Assembly (NCBI RefSeq): GCF_964204645.1
Contig: NC_134026.1
Location: 331,850-395,849 of the forward strand
DNA length: 64,000 bases
Origin: Tubulanus polymorphus
Lineage: Eukaryota; Animalia; Nemertea
Direction: 5' to 3'
Part shown: positions 37,401-48,019 of the stretch, one piece after another
Layout of the letters: each line of letters begins with the position of its first letter
Position numbering within the stretch: the first letter of the stretch is position 1
The notes under the pieces: model-generated
The model's input: only the letters and a program-made list of their open reading frames with translations
Told to the model about the DNA's origin: nothing
Database searches by the model: none
Position numbers and translations under genes: made by a program

Positions 37401-40400
37401 GTTGACTAACGTTAGTGTATAAAAATTCCGCTAACGATGAGTATAGAGGCAGCACCGTACGGTAAAATGTTAATAACTGATTCAGAGCGGTACTGATGCT
37501 GAATAGAGGATGTACAGGGGTGTCCCGTGTTCAAACCCATCAATTGCTGTGATTCAGAGTGGTCCTGATGGATAAAGGATGAACAGGGGTGTACCGACCG
37601 TACAGTGCTGCCGCAATGCTCATCGTTAGCGGGATTTTCATACACTAACTAAAGTCAACTCTGGCAATCGACGTGCTGTCCAGTTATACTCCGTGACCTT
37701 TGCTTGCCAGAGTTGACTAACGTTAGTGTATAAAAATTCCTCTAACGATGAGTTTAGAGGCAGCACCATACGGTAAAATGTTGATAACTGATTCAGAGTG
37801 GTCCTGATGCTGAATAGAGGATGTACGGGATGTCTCTGGTTCAAACCCTTCAATTGCTGTGATTCAGAGTGGACCTGATGCTGAATAGAGGATGTACGGG
37901 GGTGTCTCGGGTTCAAACCCATCAATTGCTGTGATTCAGAGTGGTCCTGATGGATAAAGGATGTACAGGGGTGTCCCGACCGTACAGTGCTGCCGCTATG
38001 CTCATCGTTAGCGGGATTTTCATACACTAACTAAAGTCAACTCTGGCAATCGACGTGCTGCCGAGTTGTACTCCGTGACCTTAGCTTGCCAGGGTTGACT
38101 AACGTTAGTGTATAAAAATTCCGCTAACGATGAGTATAGAGGCAGCACCGTACGGTAAAATGTTGATAACTGATTCAGAGTGGTCCTGATGCTGAATAGA
38201 GGATGTACAGGGGTGTCCCGTGTTCAAACCCATCAATTGCTATGATTCAGAGTGGTCCTGATGCTGAATAGAGGATGTACAGGGGTGTCTCGGGTTTAAA
38301 CCCAGTAATTACTGATACTGATTCAGAGTCGTCCTGATGCTGAATAGAGGATGAACAGGGGTGTCTCGGGTTTAAACCCAGTAATTACTGATACTGATTC
38401 AGAGTGGTCCTGATGCTGAATAGAGGATGTACAGGGTTATCCCGGGTTCAAACCCATCAATTGCTGTGATTCAGAGTGGTCCTGATGGATAAAGGATTAA
38501 CAGGGGTATCCCAGGTTCAAACCCATCAATTGCTGTGATTCAGAGTGGTCCTGATGCTGAATAGAGGATGTACGGGGGTATCCCGGGTTCAAACCCATCA
38601 ATTGCTGTGATTCAGAGTGGTCCTGATGGATAAAGGATTAACAGGGGTATCCCAGGTTCAAACCCATCAATTGCTGTGATTCAGAGTGGTCCTGATGGAT
38701 AAAGGATGAACAGGGGTATCCCGGGTTCAAACCCATCAATTGCTGTGATTCAGAGTGGTCCTGATGGATAAAGGATGAACAGGGGTGTACCGACCGTACA
38801 GTGCTGCCGCTATGCTGATCGTTAGCGGGATTTTCATACACTAACTAAAGTCAACTCTGGCAATCGACGTGCTGTCCAGTTGTACTCCGTGACCTTAGCT
38901 TGCCAGAGTTGACAAACGTTAGTGTATAAAAATTCCTCTAACGATGAGCATAGAGGCAGCACCGTACGGTAAAATGTTGATAACTGATTCAGAGCGGTAC
39001 TGATGCTGAATAGAGGATGTACAGGCGTATCCCGTGTTCAAATCCATCAATTGCTGTGATTCAGAGTGGTCCTGATGCTGAATAGAGGATGAACAGGGGT
39101 ATCCCGGGTTCAAACCCATCAATTGCTGTGATTTAGAGTGGTCCTGATGGATAAAGGATGAACAGGGGTGTACCGACCGTACAGTGCTGCCGCTATGCTC
39201 ATCGTTAGCGGGATTTCCATACACTAACTAAAGTCAACTCTGGCAATCGACGTGCTGTCCAGTTGTACTCCGTGACCTTAGCTTGCCAGAGTTGACTAAC
39301 GTTAGTGTATAAAAATTCCTCTAACGATGAGCATAGAGGCAGCACCGTACGGTAAAATGTTGATAACTGATTCAGAGCGGTACTGATGCTGAATAGAGGA
39401 TGTACAGGGGTATCCCGTGTTCAAACCCATCAATTGCTGTGATTCAGAGTGGTCCTGATGCTGAATAGAGGATGTACAGGGGTATCCCGGGTTCAAACCC
39501 ATCAATTGCTGTGATTCAGAGTGGTCCTGATGGATAAAGGATTAACAGGGGTATCCCAGGTTCAAACCCATCAATTGCTGTGATTCAGAGTGGTCCTGAT
39601 GCTGAATAGAGGATGTACGGGGGTATCCCGGGTTCAAACCCATCAATTGCTGTGATTCAGAGTGGTCCTGATGGATAAAGGATTAACAGGGGTATCCCAG
39701 GTTCAAACCCATCAATTGCTGTGATTCAGAGTGGTCCTGATGGATAAAGGATGAACAGGGGTATCCCGGGTTCAAACCCATCAATTGCTGTGATTCAGAG
39801 TGGTCCTGATGGATAAAGGATGAACAGGGGTGTACCGACCGTACAGTGCTGCCGCTATGCTGATCGTTAGCGGGATTTTCATACACTAACTAAAGTCAAC
39901 TCTGGCAATCGACGTGCTGTCCAGTTGTACTCCGTGACCTTAGCTTGCCAGAGTTGACAAACGTTAGTGTATAAAAATTCCTCTAACGATGAGCATAGAG
40001 GCAGCACCGTACGGTAAAATGTTGATAACTGATTCAGAGCGGTACTGATGCTGAATAGAGGATGTACAGGCGTATCCCGTGTTCAAATCCATCAATTGCT
40101 GTGATTCAGAGTGGTCCTGATGCTGAATAGAGGATGTACGGGGGTATCCCGGGTTCAAACCCATCAATTGCTGTGATTCAGAGTGGTCCTGAGGCTGAAT
40201 AGAGGATGTGCAGGGGTATCCCGTGTTCAAACCCATCAATTGCTGTGATTCCGAGTTGTCCTGATGGATAAAGGATGTACAGGGGTGTCCCGGGTTCAAA
40301 CCCATCAATTGCTGTGATTCAGAGTGGTCCTGAGGCTGAATAGAGGATGTGCAGGGGTATCCCGGGTTCAAACCCATCAATTGCTGTGATTCAGAGTGGT

Positions 40401-40505
40401 CCTGATGGATAAAGGATGAACAGGGGTGTACCGACCGTACAGTGCTGCCGCTATGCTCATCGTTAGCGGGATTTTCATACACTAACTAAAGTCAACTCTG
40501 GCAAC
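31470..40505. repeat. 9-kb composite satellite: runs of 69/72-bp monomers interleaved with a 166-bp palindromic MITE
   Basis: Monomer GGGGTATCCCGGGTTCAAACCCATCAATTGCTGTGATTCAGAGTGGTCCTGATG(CTGAATAG/GATAA)AGGATGWACA. The MITE starts at ~31697, 32247, 33077, 34165, 34549, 35504, 36031, 36696, 37292, 37603, 37985, 38799, 39182, 39844 and 40440 (half copy). Confidence 0.95.
31697..31862. mobile_element. Pogo/Tigger-like (Tc1/mariner superfamily) MITE, first of 14 full copies plus 1 half copy in the array
   Basis: TA|CAGTGCTGCCGCTATGCTCATCGTTAGCGG ... CCGCTAACGATGAGCATAGAGGCAGCACCG|TA. Inverted arms ~65 bp, TA flanks, CAGT terminus. Confidence 0.75.
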
Positions 40506-40618
40506 TTCCAATAAAATACTATCTGAGAAGAGCAACAGAATTCCATTATTGAATTTTGAATTTTTTTATTATTCATTTAAGAAATGATAAGTGACTAATA
40601 TAGTCACATACACACTGA

Positions 40619-40772
<154 letters not shown>

Positions 40773-41109
40773 CTTTCCAAATCCACGAAGATTGATAGAG
40801 AAAATGACTATTGAAATAAGATCTTTTACAACGACGACAAATGCTTCATTCTTACTAACAAGAATTATGAATATATCTATCCCTCTTTCTCATTTACATA
40901 AATATACTAAATTATACAGTGTAGCATATACATAGATTGAAGCTTTCAGATTCCACATATGTATATACTTAACTGTTGTTTTCAGATCATTCCAGCATTT
41001 ACTTAAACATCAACAATAATTCAATTGATTTCCCTATTTTGAACCATCCAATATGAAAACTATGATATGCATTATAATCTACAGAACTGTACTTGCATTT
41101 TTGATAATA

Positions 41110-41268
41110 CAGTTAACCTCGCCTTACTCAGATTTTCCAAGAACTCGCAAAAAATGAAATCATTTTTCTGACCTACGAACGCATTTCCTATCCTTAACTT
41201 GAACTTTTGCTAAGCTCGGACAAATTTTGCTGGTCCCAGTTCGTCCCGAGTTAGGGCGAGGTTTACTG
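41110..41268. mobile_element. Pogo/Tigger-like MITE
   Basis: TA|CAGTTAACCTCGCCTTACTC ... GAGTTAGGGCGAGGTTTACTG|CA terminal inverted repeats. Confidence 0.7.
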
Positions 41269-41645
41269 CATCTCTAAAACGATTTGGCTCGGTGATTTGG
41301 AATTTCATTCAATTCGTGGGACCTGAATTAGTTCATTTGAATCAGATTCATTAAACGGAACTGGCCTCAGAATATGTCAATAATCCCTCTTTCTATGTGG
41401 GTCGATAAGAACACGAAGGCCAATCCTTGGATGATGTAGAGTTTCGAGAAAAAGGTGAAATCAAGAAAATATACATTTGAATTTGGATGCACTTTTTTTA
41501 GAGAAATATTGTCAATATCGCTGATTGCTGATCCACTGTCTAGAGCGACCTCAATGGGATAGCAGAGATCCAAACTACCCCCCCCCCCCCCCCCCCCCGC
41601 CCTCCCTGACTATCAACTGGTACAGATATTATCAATTTAACAGTA

Positions 41646-41760
41646 CAGTAGACTCTGCTTGCTTCAGATCTTGTAGGTGTAAATTCCAAGGCAGTCTGAA
41701 CAGGGATGGAGGGTTAAGAAAATCTGTAGTATATTGTCCGGGGCTAAACAGAGTCTACTG
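41646..41760. mobile_element. Pogo/Tigger-like MITE
   Basis: TA|CAGTAGACTCTG ... CAGAGTCTACTG|TA. Similar solo ends near 9075 and 52985. Confidence 0.7.
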
Positions 41761-42354
41761 TAGTAGCTATTTTACTCCTATTACATCAACCCATCACACA
41801 TCGATGAACTGTATTTTTCTCATACATGCATTTATATAGAAACTATCACTTCACTAAACAACAGTAAAGATTTGAGCTTCCATAAACAACATTCAATTAT
41901 ACAACACATTATCATATTACACATTTACTGACAATTTATAAGACAACATTTTCACAACACTAAACTCTTTACTCCATGCACGCACATGATACAAACGTAT
42001 TTCTAAATTTAAATGGACAGAATCTGATTTTTACATTTTCGCCATCGTGAAATTTTACTGTAAAAATATTGCGAAATATGCGAAGTATCTATGACTACAA
42101 CAAACGAACGATGGATGAACCTCCGATCCTGCTACAACTATAATACATTCATTCATAAACTACGCACATCCATAAAATGGAATGCTTTCACAACTCAGGC
42201 AAAAAACATTCACAGGTGTTGATTTCACGCATAATGAAGCAAATACCGTACACTGCATGAAGAAGAAGCACCAAATTCAATACATATTTTGAGCTATGTG
42301 AGGCACCATTACATACATACTTATACAATGTAGCTTAGTTCATAATTCATATTA

Positions 42355-42573
42355 GGCTAAACAAAAATGATACCTTGTTTCTCCGCAGCGGCCGGGTCAT
42401 TTTTGTTAAATATGATAAAATTTATAAACAGTTCATTTCTATAGCGGCCGGGTCTGTTATGGTAAAATTGATCACGATTTTAAAAAAAGTAATGTATAGA
42501 GTAGATAGGCGGCCGGCCGGGTCAACATTTAAGCTCAGCAGAGCCGAGAAACAAGGTATCAATTTTTTTAGCC
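42355..42573. mobile_element. PIF/Harbinger-like MITE (family 1)
   Basis: TTA|GGCTAAACAAAAATGATACCTTGTTTCTC ... GAGAAACAAGGTATCAATTTTTTTAGCC|TTA. A closely similar copy lies at 52710-52918. Confidence 0.8.
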
Positions 42574-42577
42574 TTAA

Positions 42578-42837
42578 GTCAGGTTTCGATCTGTCGAAAA
42601 ATCAATTCTGGATTTCTCTTCTGACGCATTCATTTCGGAAGATTACGCTCTACCTATTTCGGAAGGGCATACTCTGTAAACCTGGACCCAGTTCCACAGT
42701 TGTGAGTTAGAGTTAACCCTGAGTTAAAGTTAGTTCATTTTCAATGAGTTAACTCAGAGTCAAATCTTAACTCAGAACTGTGGAACTGGACCCTGGTAGA
42801 GAGTTTCTAACCCAGAATCTTTCAATCGAAACCTGCC
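42578..42837. mobile_element. PIF/Harbinger-like MITE (family 2) with a nested third MITE at 42685-42792
   Basis: TAA|GTCAGGTTTCGAT ... ATCGAAACCTGCC|TAA. Nested element CTG|GACCCAGTTCCACAGTT ... AACTGTGGAACTGGACC|CTG. Confidence 0.7.
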
Positions 42838-43705
42838 TAAGGATTTAAGAGTGGCAGCGGTGTCGGCCATTTTATAGAAAATAAATCGAGAATTTTCTAA
42901 TCCCTCCCCATGAACCAGATCTTTATAACATTTAAAACGGGCGTTGCAGATATCTCTTCTAGACCCGGTCCTCAACATAATGAGTACGTAATGAATAAAC
43001 AATCTTCCCAAATTTGACCCCATAAAACTTATAGAGAAATATATTAATACTCTAGTCATTTATCATACACTGTAATGATTGTAAGCTGATATCACACACA
43101 CTGATAGTAGATAGAATCACTATTATTACACTGATAATCCCATTATAACCCAACTCTATATATCGATATACTCTACACACATTCATGCATTATGACTAGT
43201 ATAGAAGACTTACATACATGTAACAGTCATACAAAATCGGGACACAATTTTTAAAAATTTCATCGCAGTCAAGATCAATTCATTTTTAATAAATTTTCTG
43301 AATGAACAGTGATTTTTGATTTGATTAAGCACAGATCATAGCGTATAGGCTTAGTCGGGAATGAGGCTTAAGTAGTAACCATCACCGGGGTCTGACTTCA
43401 CGAATAATCAATCTCCGATATCTGTTTAGTTACGGATTATGGATTGAGAAAAACACCCCGAACCACCAGCTATTACAGACGGGTAACTGAGAACAATGAG
43501 CGACATTTCCAAAATATTCAGTCTCCACCGTTTAAAACTGGAATAACAATCTCTCAACTCGCTGAGCCGTACTCAAGGCAATATTAGCATGTTTCAAGAG
43601 ATTTCTTTATCTCGATTTAGAGGAGAGAGATCAAAGAGTTATCGAACAATGAATTCAGCCACCACACCAGTATTCGAACTGCTCACGGGCCTCGGGGAGT
43701 GAACC

Positions 43706-45561
43706 TCAAATATCCTCTAAACCTTCCACATCTATGAACTCATCGGGTTGAATTCCGAGTATCTCTTTAGCGGCGACGGTCGCCTGTTTAATCGCTAGTT
43801 TATACGGACCACGTTTTTTCTTGTTGTATTTCGCGCGGAAATCGTCGAGGAATGGATACAACTCACAACACGGCATATTCGACATCGTTGATGAGCCGAA
43901 CCACGTCACGTGCGCCATCTGGCGGATTATTACGCCGTTATCCTTCTGACTGACGGTGATGTTGAGAATTTTACCAGGCCACCACGGGAACCCGAGTATT
44001 TTACCCCAGACGATGTCTCCCGTAGCGATATACCGACTATCTCCGATGATACACTTCTCGACGCTTTGCGTATGAATTCTCATCATCAGCGGTTTAACGC
44101 GGTCCAACCTTTCTACGTCGATCGGTGAACTATCGCCGCAGTCCGAGTTCGCGTTACGATTAGTTAGGTTATCCCCGTTCGATAAAACGTAATTATCCGT
44201 TTGTTGCTGATCGTTTTCGGTTGTCGGCCGTTTACGTCGCAATCTCGTCACTAGTCCATCGGTTTGATGAATTCGCGGTTTCGGACTTTTACTACTCGCC
44301 TCGAATGCCATATTCAAATTCTCGATTAACGGAATTCCGTCCTTATTTTCGACGATTTGAATCGCGTTTTCCTGATCGGGCATCTCGTCCCCGGGAACCT
44401 CCTGGTCGCGTACGCTATGTTTATGTTTGTGTTTCTGTTTTTTTCGATGTCGATCTTTATGTTTTTTCTTGTGCGGTCGTTCCGCGCGAACATTCGAATT
44501 AAACGGCGCTTTAAGAGTCACTTTTAAACGTTCTTTCTCTTTAGCTTTTCGTAGCGATTTTTTAACCTTTTTATGTCCGTAAATACCGATATCCGAGCCG
44601 TATTCCGGGGTTCGTCCGCCGCGTGGTGTTTTCTCGATGTCACTTTTCTCGCTCAATTCACCGATATTCTCGTGATGATGATATCGACTCGTCTCGTACG
44701 CGGTGTCGTATTCGCTATCCGATTGTTCCTGATTCTGTATTTTCGGAGGTATTTTAACGACCGTACCCTTACCCTGCGGCGTATTAAACGATATCTTTAT
44801 TACCGGGCTACGTTTCTTCGATGAATTGTCTGTTGACTTTATTTTCTTGGTAACCGGGTTGACCGGTTGCGCCAAATTTTCACCGATGCTTCGTTTGCGC
44901 GTGTGGATGTCGGATTTGATGATAGGTTCCGGTTTCGAGTCCACAGATTTCGTAACCGCTGTAGAATTCGAAGGCGCTTTGACATCAGGATTTTCGGGAC
45001 ACGTTGATTTACACTTTGAACACAGAACCTGTCGCGGTCGTAGTCTTATATTACGAATTGTCTTCTCCTTCCAACTTTTATTTAATGCTTTAACAGTTGA
45101 TTGGGTGTTTACTGGAATCTGGGCGCCTGGAACTTGTAGAAAACTGTGTCTATTCGAAACGCTGATCAGATCTTTGATTACTGGAATCTCCTCGTCTTGC
45201 TTTTGAAACTCATTTTCTGTATTTTTCCTCGGTAAATTTACACCGTATGGTACATTCCTAAAACAAACACACGTGAAGATTAAAACCTACCGTTTTAAAG
45301 TAAATAAACGATGTTAAAGAGCCGCTTTTCGGTTCGGAATATGTTCGCGATTCGATTTTTCGAGCGCATTTCGATGAAATTGACACTTAAACAAAGGTAT
45401 ATTTCTACTTACCCAAGAGTGCTGTTCAATAAGACTCCTCGGTAAACATAACTTTGGAAGTTCAAGCATACAACGATCAGATCCTTTCCACTTTCTTCTA
45501 TTGTTACGGTGTGTTTTGAGCCTTTTATAAATGGGCTTTCATTTTCTTTGAAGTCGGCCAT
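43706..45561 (-). CDS. PWWP2A: PWWP domain-containing protein 2A/2B-like (exons 45561-45413 and 45257-43706; in-frame upstream ATGs at 45582 and 45624)
   Basis: N-terminal YRGVLL and IRLRPRQVLCSKCK motifs, VIKISFNTPQGKGTVVKIP, and a C-terminal PWWP domain GDIVWGKILGFPWWPGKIL...VTWFGS...NKKKRGPYKLAIKQA. The 2A/2B distinction is not resolvable (likely pro-orthologue). Confidence 0.92.
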
Positions 45562-45594
45562 ATTGCCTCCTTCCTCGTTCATTACTGACACTGA

Positions 45595-45606
45595 TGCGCA
45601 TGCGCA
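45595..45606. promoter_or_regulatory. Perfect NRF1-type palindrome just upstream of the PWWP2 start
   Basis: TGCGCATGCGCA, plus a YY1-like AATATGGCCG overlapping the ATG at 45561. Confidence 0.55.
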
Positions 45607-45969
45607 TTCGTAGGCTCGCAGCATCTTACTTTCACAGTATCAGTTACTGATATAAGATCAGATCCCCAAATCCGCCTAAATCCACACGATAACATCAGTC
45701 ATCAATCCCAAAGTCCACTACAGTCGGATGAGAAGATCATGAAGGACCAATAAAGGGATTTCCATTGAACAGAAAATTCCAAAATTTCCAATTTTTACAC
45801 CTCAATCCACTGATCAACAAAATCCACTAATAAACCTGACAAGATCATAGAAGATCCAATGAATTACAAAATAACTGAATAAATGATCAGATTTAGCTCT
45901 TTCCATAAAATTTATTTTAAAAATACATAATTCAAATGCACAAAAAGAAGTTTAAATCGGCATTAAGGG

Positions 45970-47608
45970 TTAAGTCTTGTAGGAATATTTCAAGCTGTCC
46001 GGACGAACTTTGGCCACTTTTCTGTATTCTTTCGCCATAGTTTTTGGACATTGCATTTCACACCAACTGATAGGCACCATGCTAACACCTGAAACAAGAA
46101 ATCCATGTCTGCTATTCGCGAATTAACAAATGAATGACAAATTAAAATTTCATTATCGTTGATCGAACCTGCTTCACTCGTTGCTATAACAACCCCTAAT
46201 TCATTTTCTGTTGTTGAAAGAATATATGACTGAGTATCTCCTAATGATGACTGGTTAAATCAATGTTAAGGAATTTACCAAACTTTCAGAATGATAGTTT
46301 TTGTGTATGTTTTATTAAATAAAAGGATACAACCCGGGCTAATACAATATCACCTGGCCTAAAACATTTGTACATTTCTACCTAAAAATAAAGAAACAGT
46401 TTGATAAACGAAAAGTGAATCATAGAATCACAATGGTGCGGTGAAATTCCACAATTGATAATGAACTGAAAAGGCTATGATAATTTGGGAATATTTGAGG
46501 TGGTATTTAAAAGTGATGAATATATTCAAATAAACTTTTTAAGTTCAATAACAATCGTGGAGCTTTAACATTTCAATCAATCAAATTTAAAAGTTTTTGC
46601 TCTAAGATGAAGGTTCAATGATTTAGATTGAAAGCTTTGATTTCAGTAAGGTTAATAACGTACTCTGTCCTTTTCTGTAGCTCTCACATCTTCTCTTCTA
46701 CAAAAACAAAATATGAAGAATTCAGTTTTATACCTGGAACTAAGACATCATTTTTAGAATCAAGATTGTGAAAAAATGTTCCTTGCATACCTTATCATAC
46801 CCCGAAATGAATCAGGCAGAAGTGCCCCGTCAACATTTAAAATGGCACATTTACAAAATCTAGGATTTACATTAGTTATCTGAAAAACAAAGCAGAAATT
46901 TCGGATTCATTATTCACTGATAAAAAATGTGACTCGACAATGTTTGAATACTGGCTACTTACCCTTACTGTTACAATAGAGCCTAACGAAGGCACAACAT
47001 TCTGTTTGGAAGATGTTTGAACACTCAATGAGATCTGAAAATACAAACTCATGAATCTCACATCCAGCAATGGATCTATATGAATTACATTTTACAAGTG
47101 ACACATCTCAAATCAAATTCAATCTCCAACAAACACAATATCATTAAATAATTGAAATTATTTAGTTGTGTATTAAATAACAGTTTTATTACAGTCAAAT
47201 TAATGTATACATACACTGCCTTCAGAATCTGAGTTAGTTTTAACACAACCGGCTAAACTAGAATAGACAAATCCATTCCTAACGTAAGTCCCTAATCCTG
47301 GTACATGGTTCTCTTCGAGTCGACAAATTCTTTGACCTAAAACGTGATTCAAAACATCAGTTTCAAACACAGAATTAACAGATTAGCCACCTCAGGCAAG
47401 TGAGTGTCGATCAAAATGACCACATGTAAAATGCTTTTTAACACGCACAGCACCGACTTTATGGGTTAAGGGTATACTGAATAGTAGCATACTTATAGAT
47501 AAAACTAACTGAACGACTGTCATTGGTATACAAATCGAATAAATGCGAGAAATATCGTGAAAAGTGGAATGAAAATTCACCTGGAACGCAAATCGTGGGC
47601 GCTGACAT
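45970..47608 (-). CDS. EXOSC1: Exosome complex component CSL4 (multi-exon)
   Basis: Spliced peptides MSAPTICVPG / QRIC...GLGTYVRNGFVYSSLAG / VVPSLGSIVTVR / TNVNPRFCKCAIL...FRGMIR / EDVRATEKDR / VEMYKCFRPGDIVLARV / SLGDTQSYILSTTENELGVVIA / MVPISWCEMQCPKTMAKEYRKVAKV. Confidence 0.95.
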
Positions 47609-48019
47609 CTTGGATTTTTCCTAATCAAGCCGCTTGATGTCAGCACATGCGGGTGTACAACAAGACCGCGGCTTACCTAGGAAAAATATACTGAGCTACC
47701 GTTGGTTTAGGTAAAGTAAATTAAAACGCTCCTTCCCGCCCTAAGAAAAAGTGATCGAGCAAAATACTAATTGATATTTTAAGCAAATTTATTCACAGTG
47801 AAATTTTACATTAAATTAATGATTACGTTAGTTAGAAGCAAATCATTCTGAAAGACTATATGAAATACACATATCTGCTGGTGAAGTTTGACTCCATTTC
47901 TACTGAATAAAGTTCAAAAGCAGGAAGTTTTTTTAAACTGACTCCAATTGATCCAAGAATCAAAGCTATATGAGTCATATGTATGAATATAAATGAAGCG
48001 ATATTGCTGAAGTTCACTA

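Noticed and set aside
31452-40482. Many minus-strand ORFs with HQDHSESQQLMGLNPGYP repeats
   Set aside because: They arise because the monomers are 69/72 bp. Frames are broken by TAA variants, indels and the MITE, and their starts lie inside the MITE arm. Treated as non-coding, although the 3n lengths would merit a quick Ribo-seq check.
31470-40505. CRISPR-like repeat/spacer appearance
   Set aside because: The intervening segments are copies of each other, not unique spacers. There are no cas genes and the context is eukaryotic.
43910-45206. Plus-strand ORFs over PWWP2, and similar antisense ORFs over VKORC1, COQ5, the channel and the 10.4-kb exon
   Set aside because: Shadow frames of real coding exons with no independent signals.
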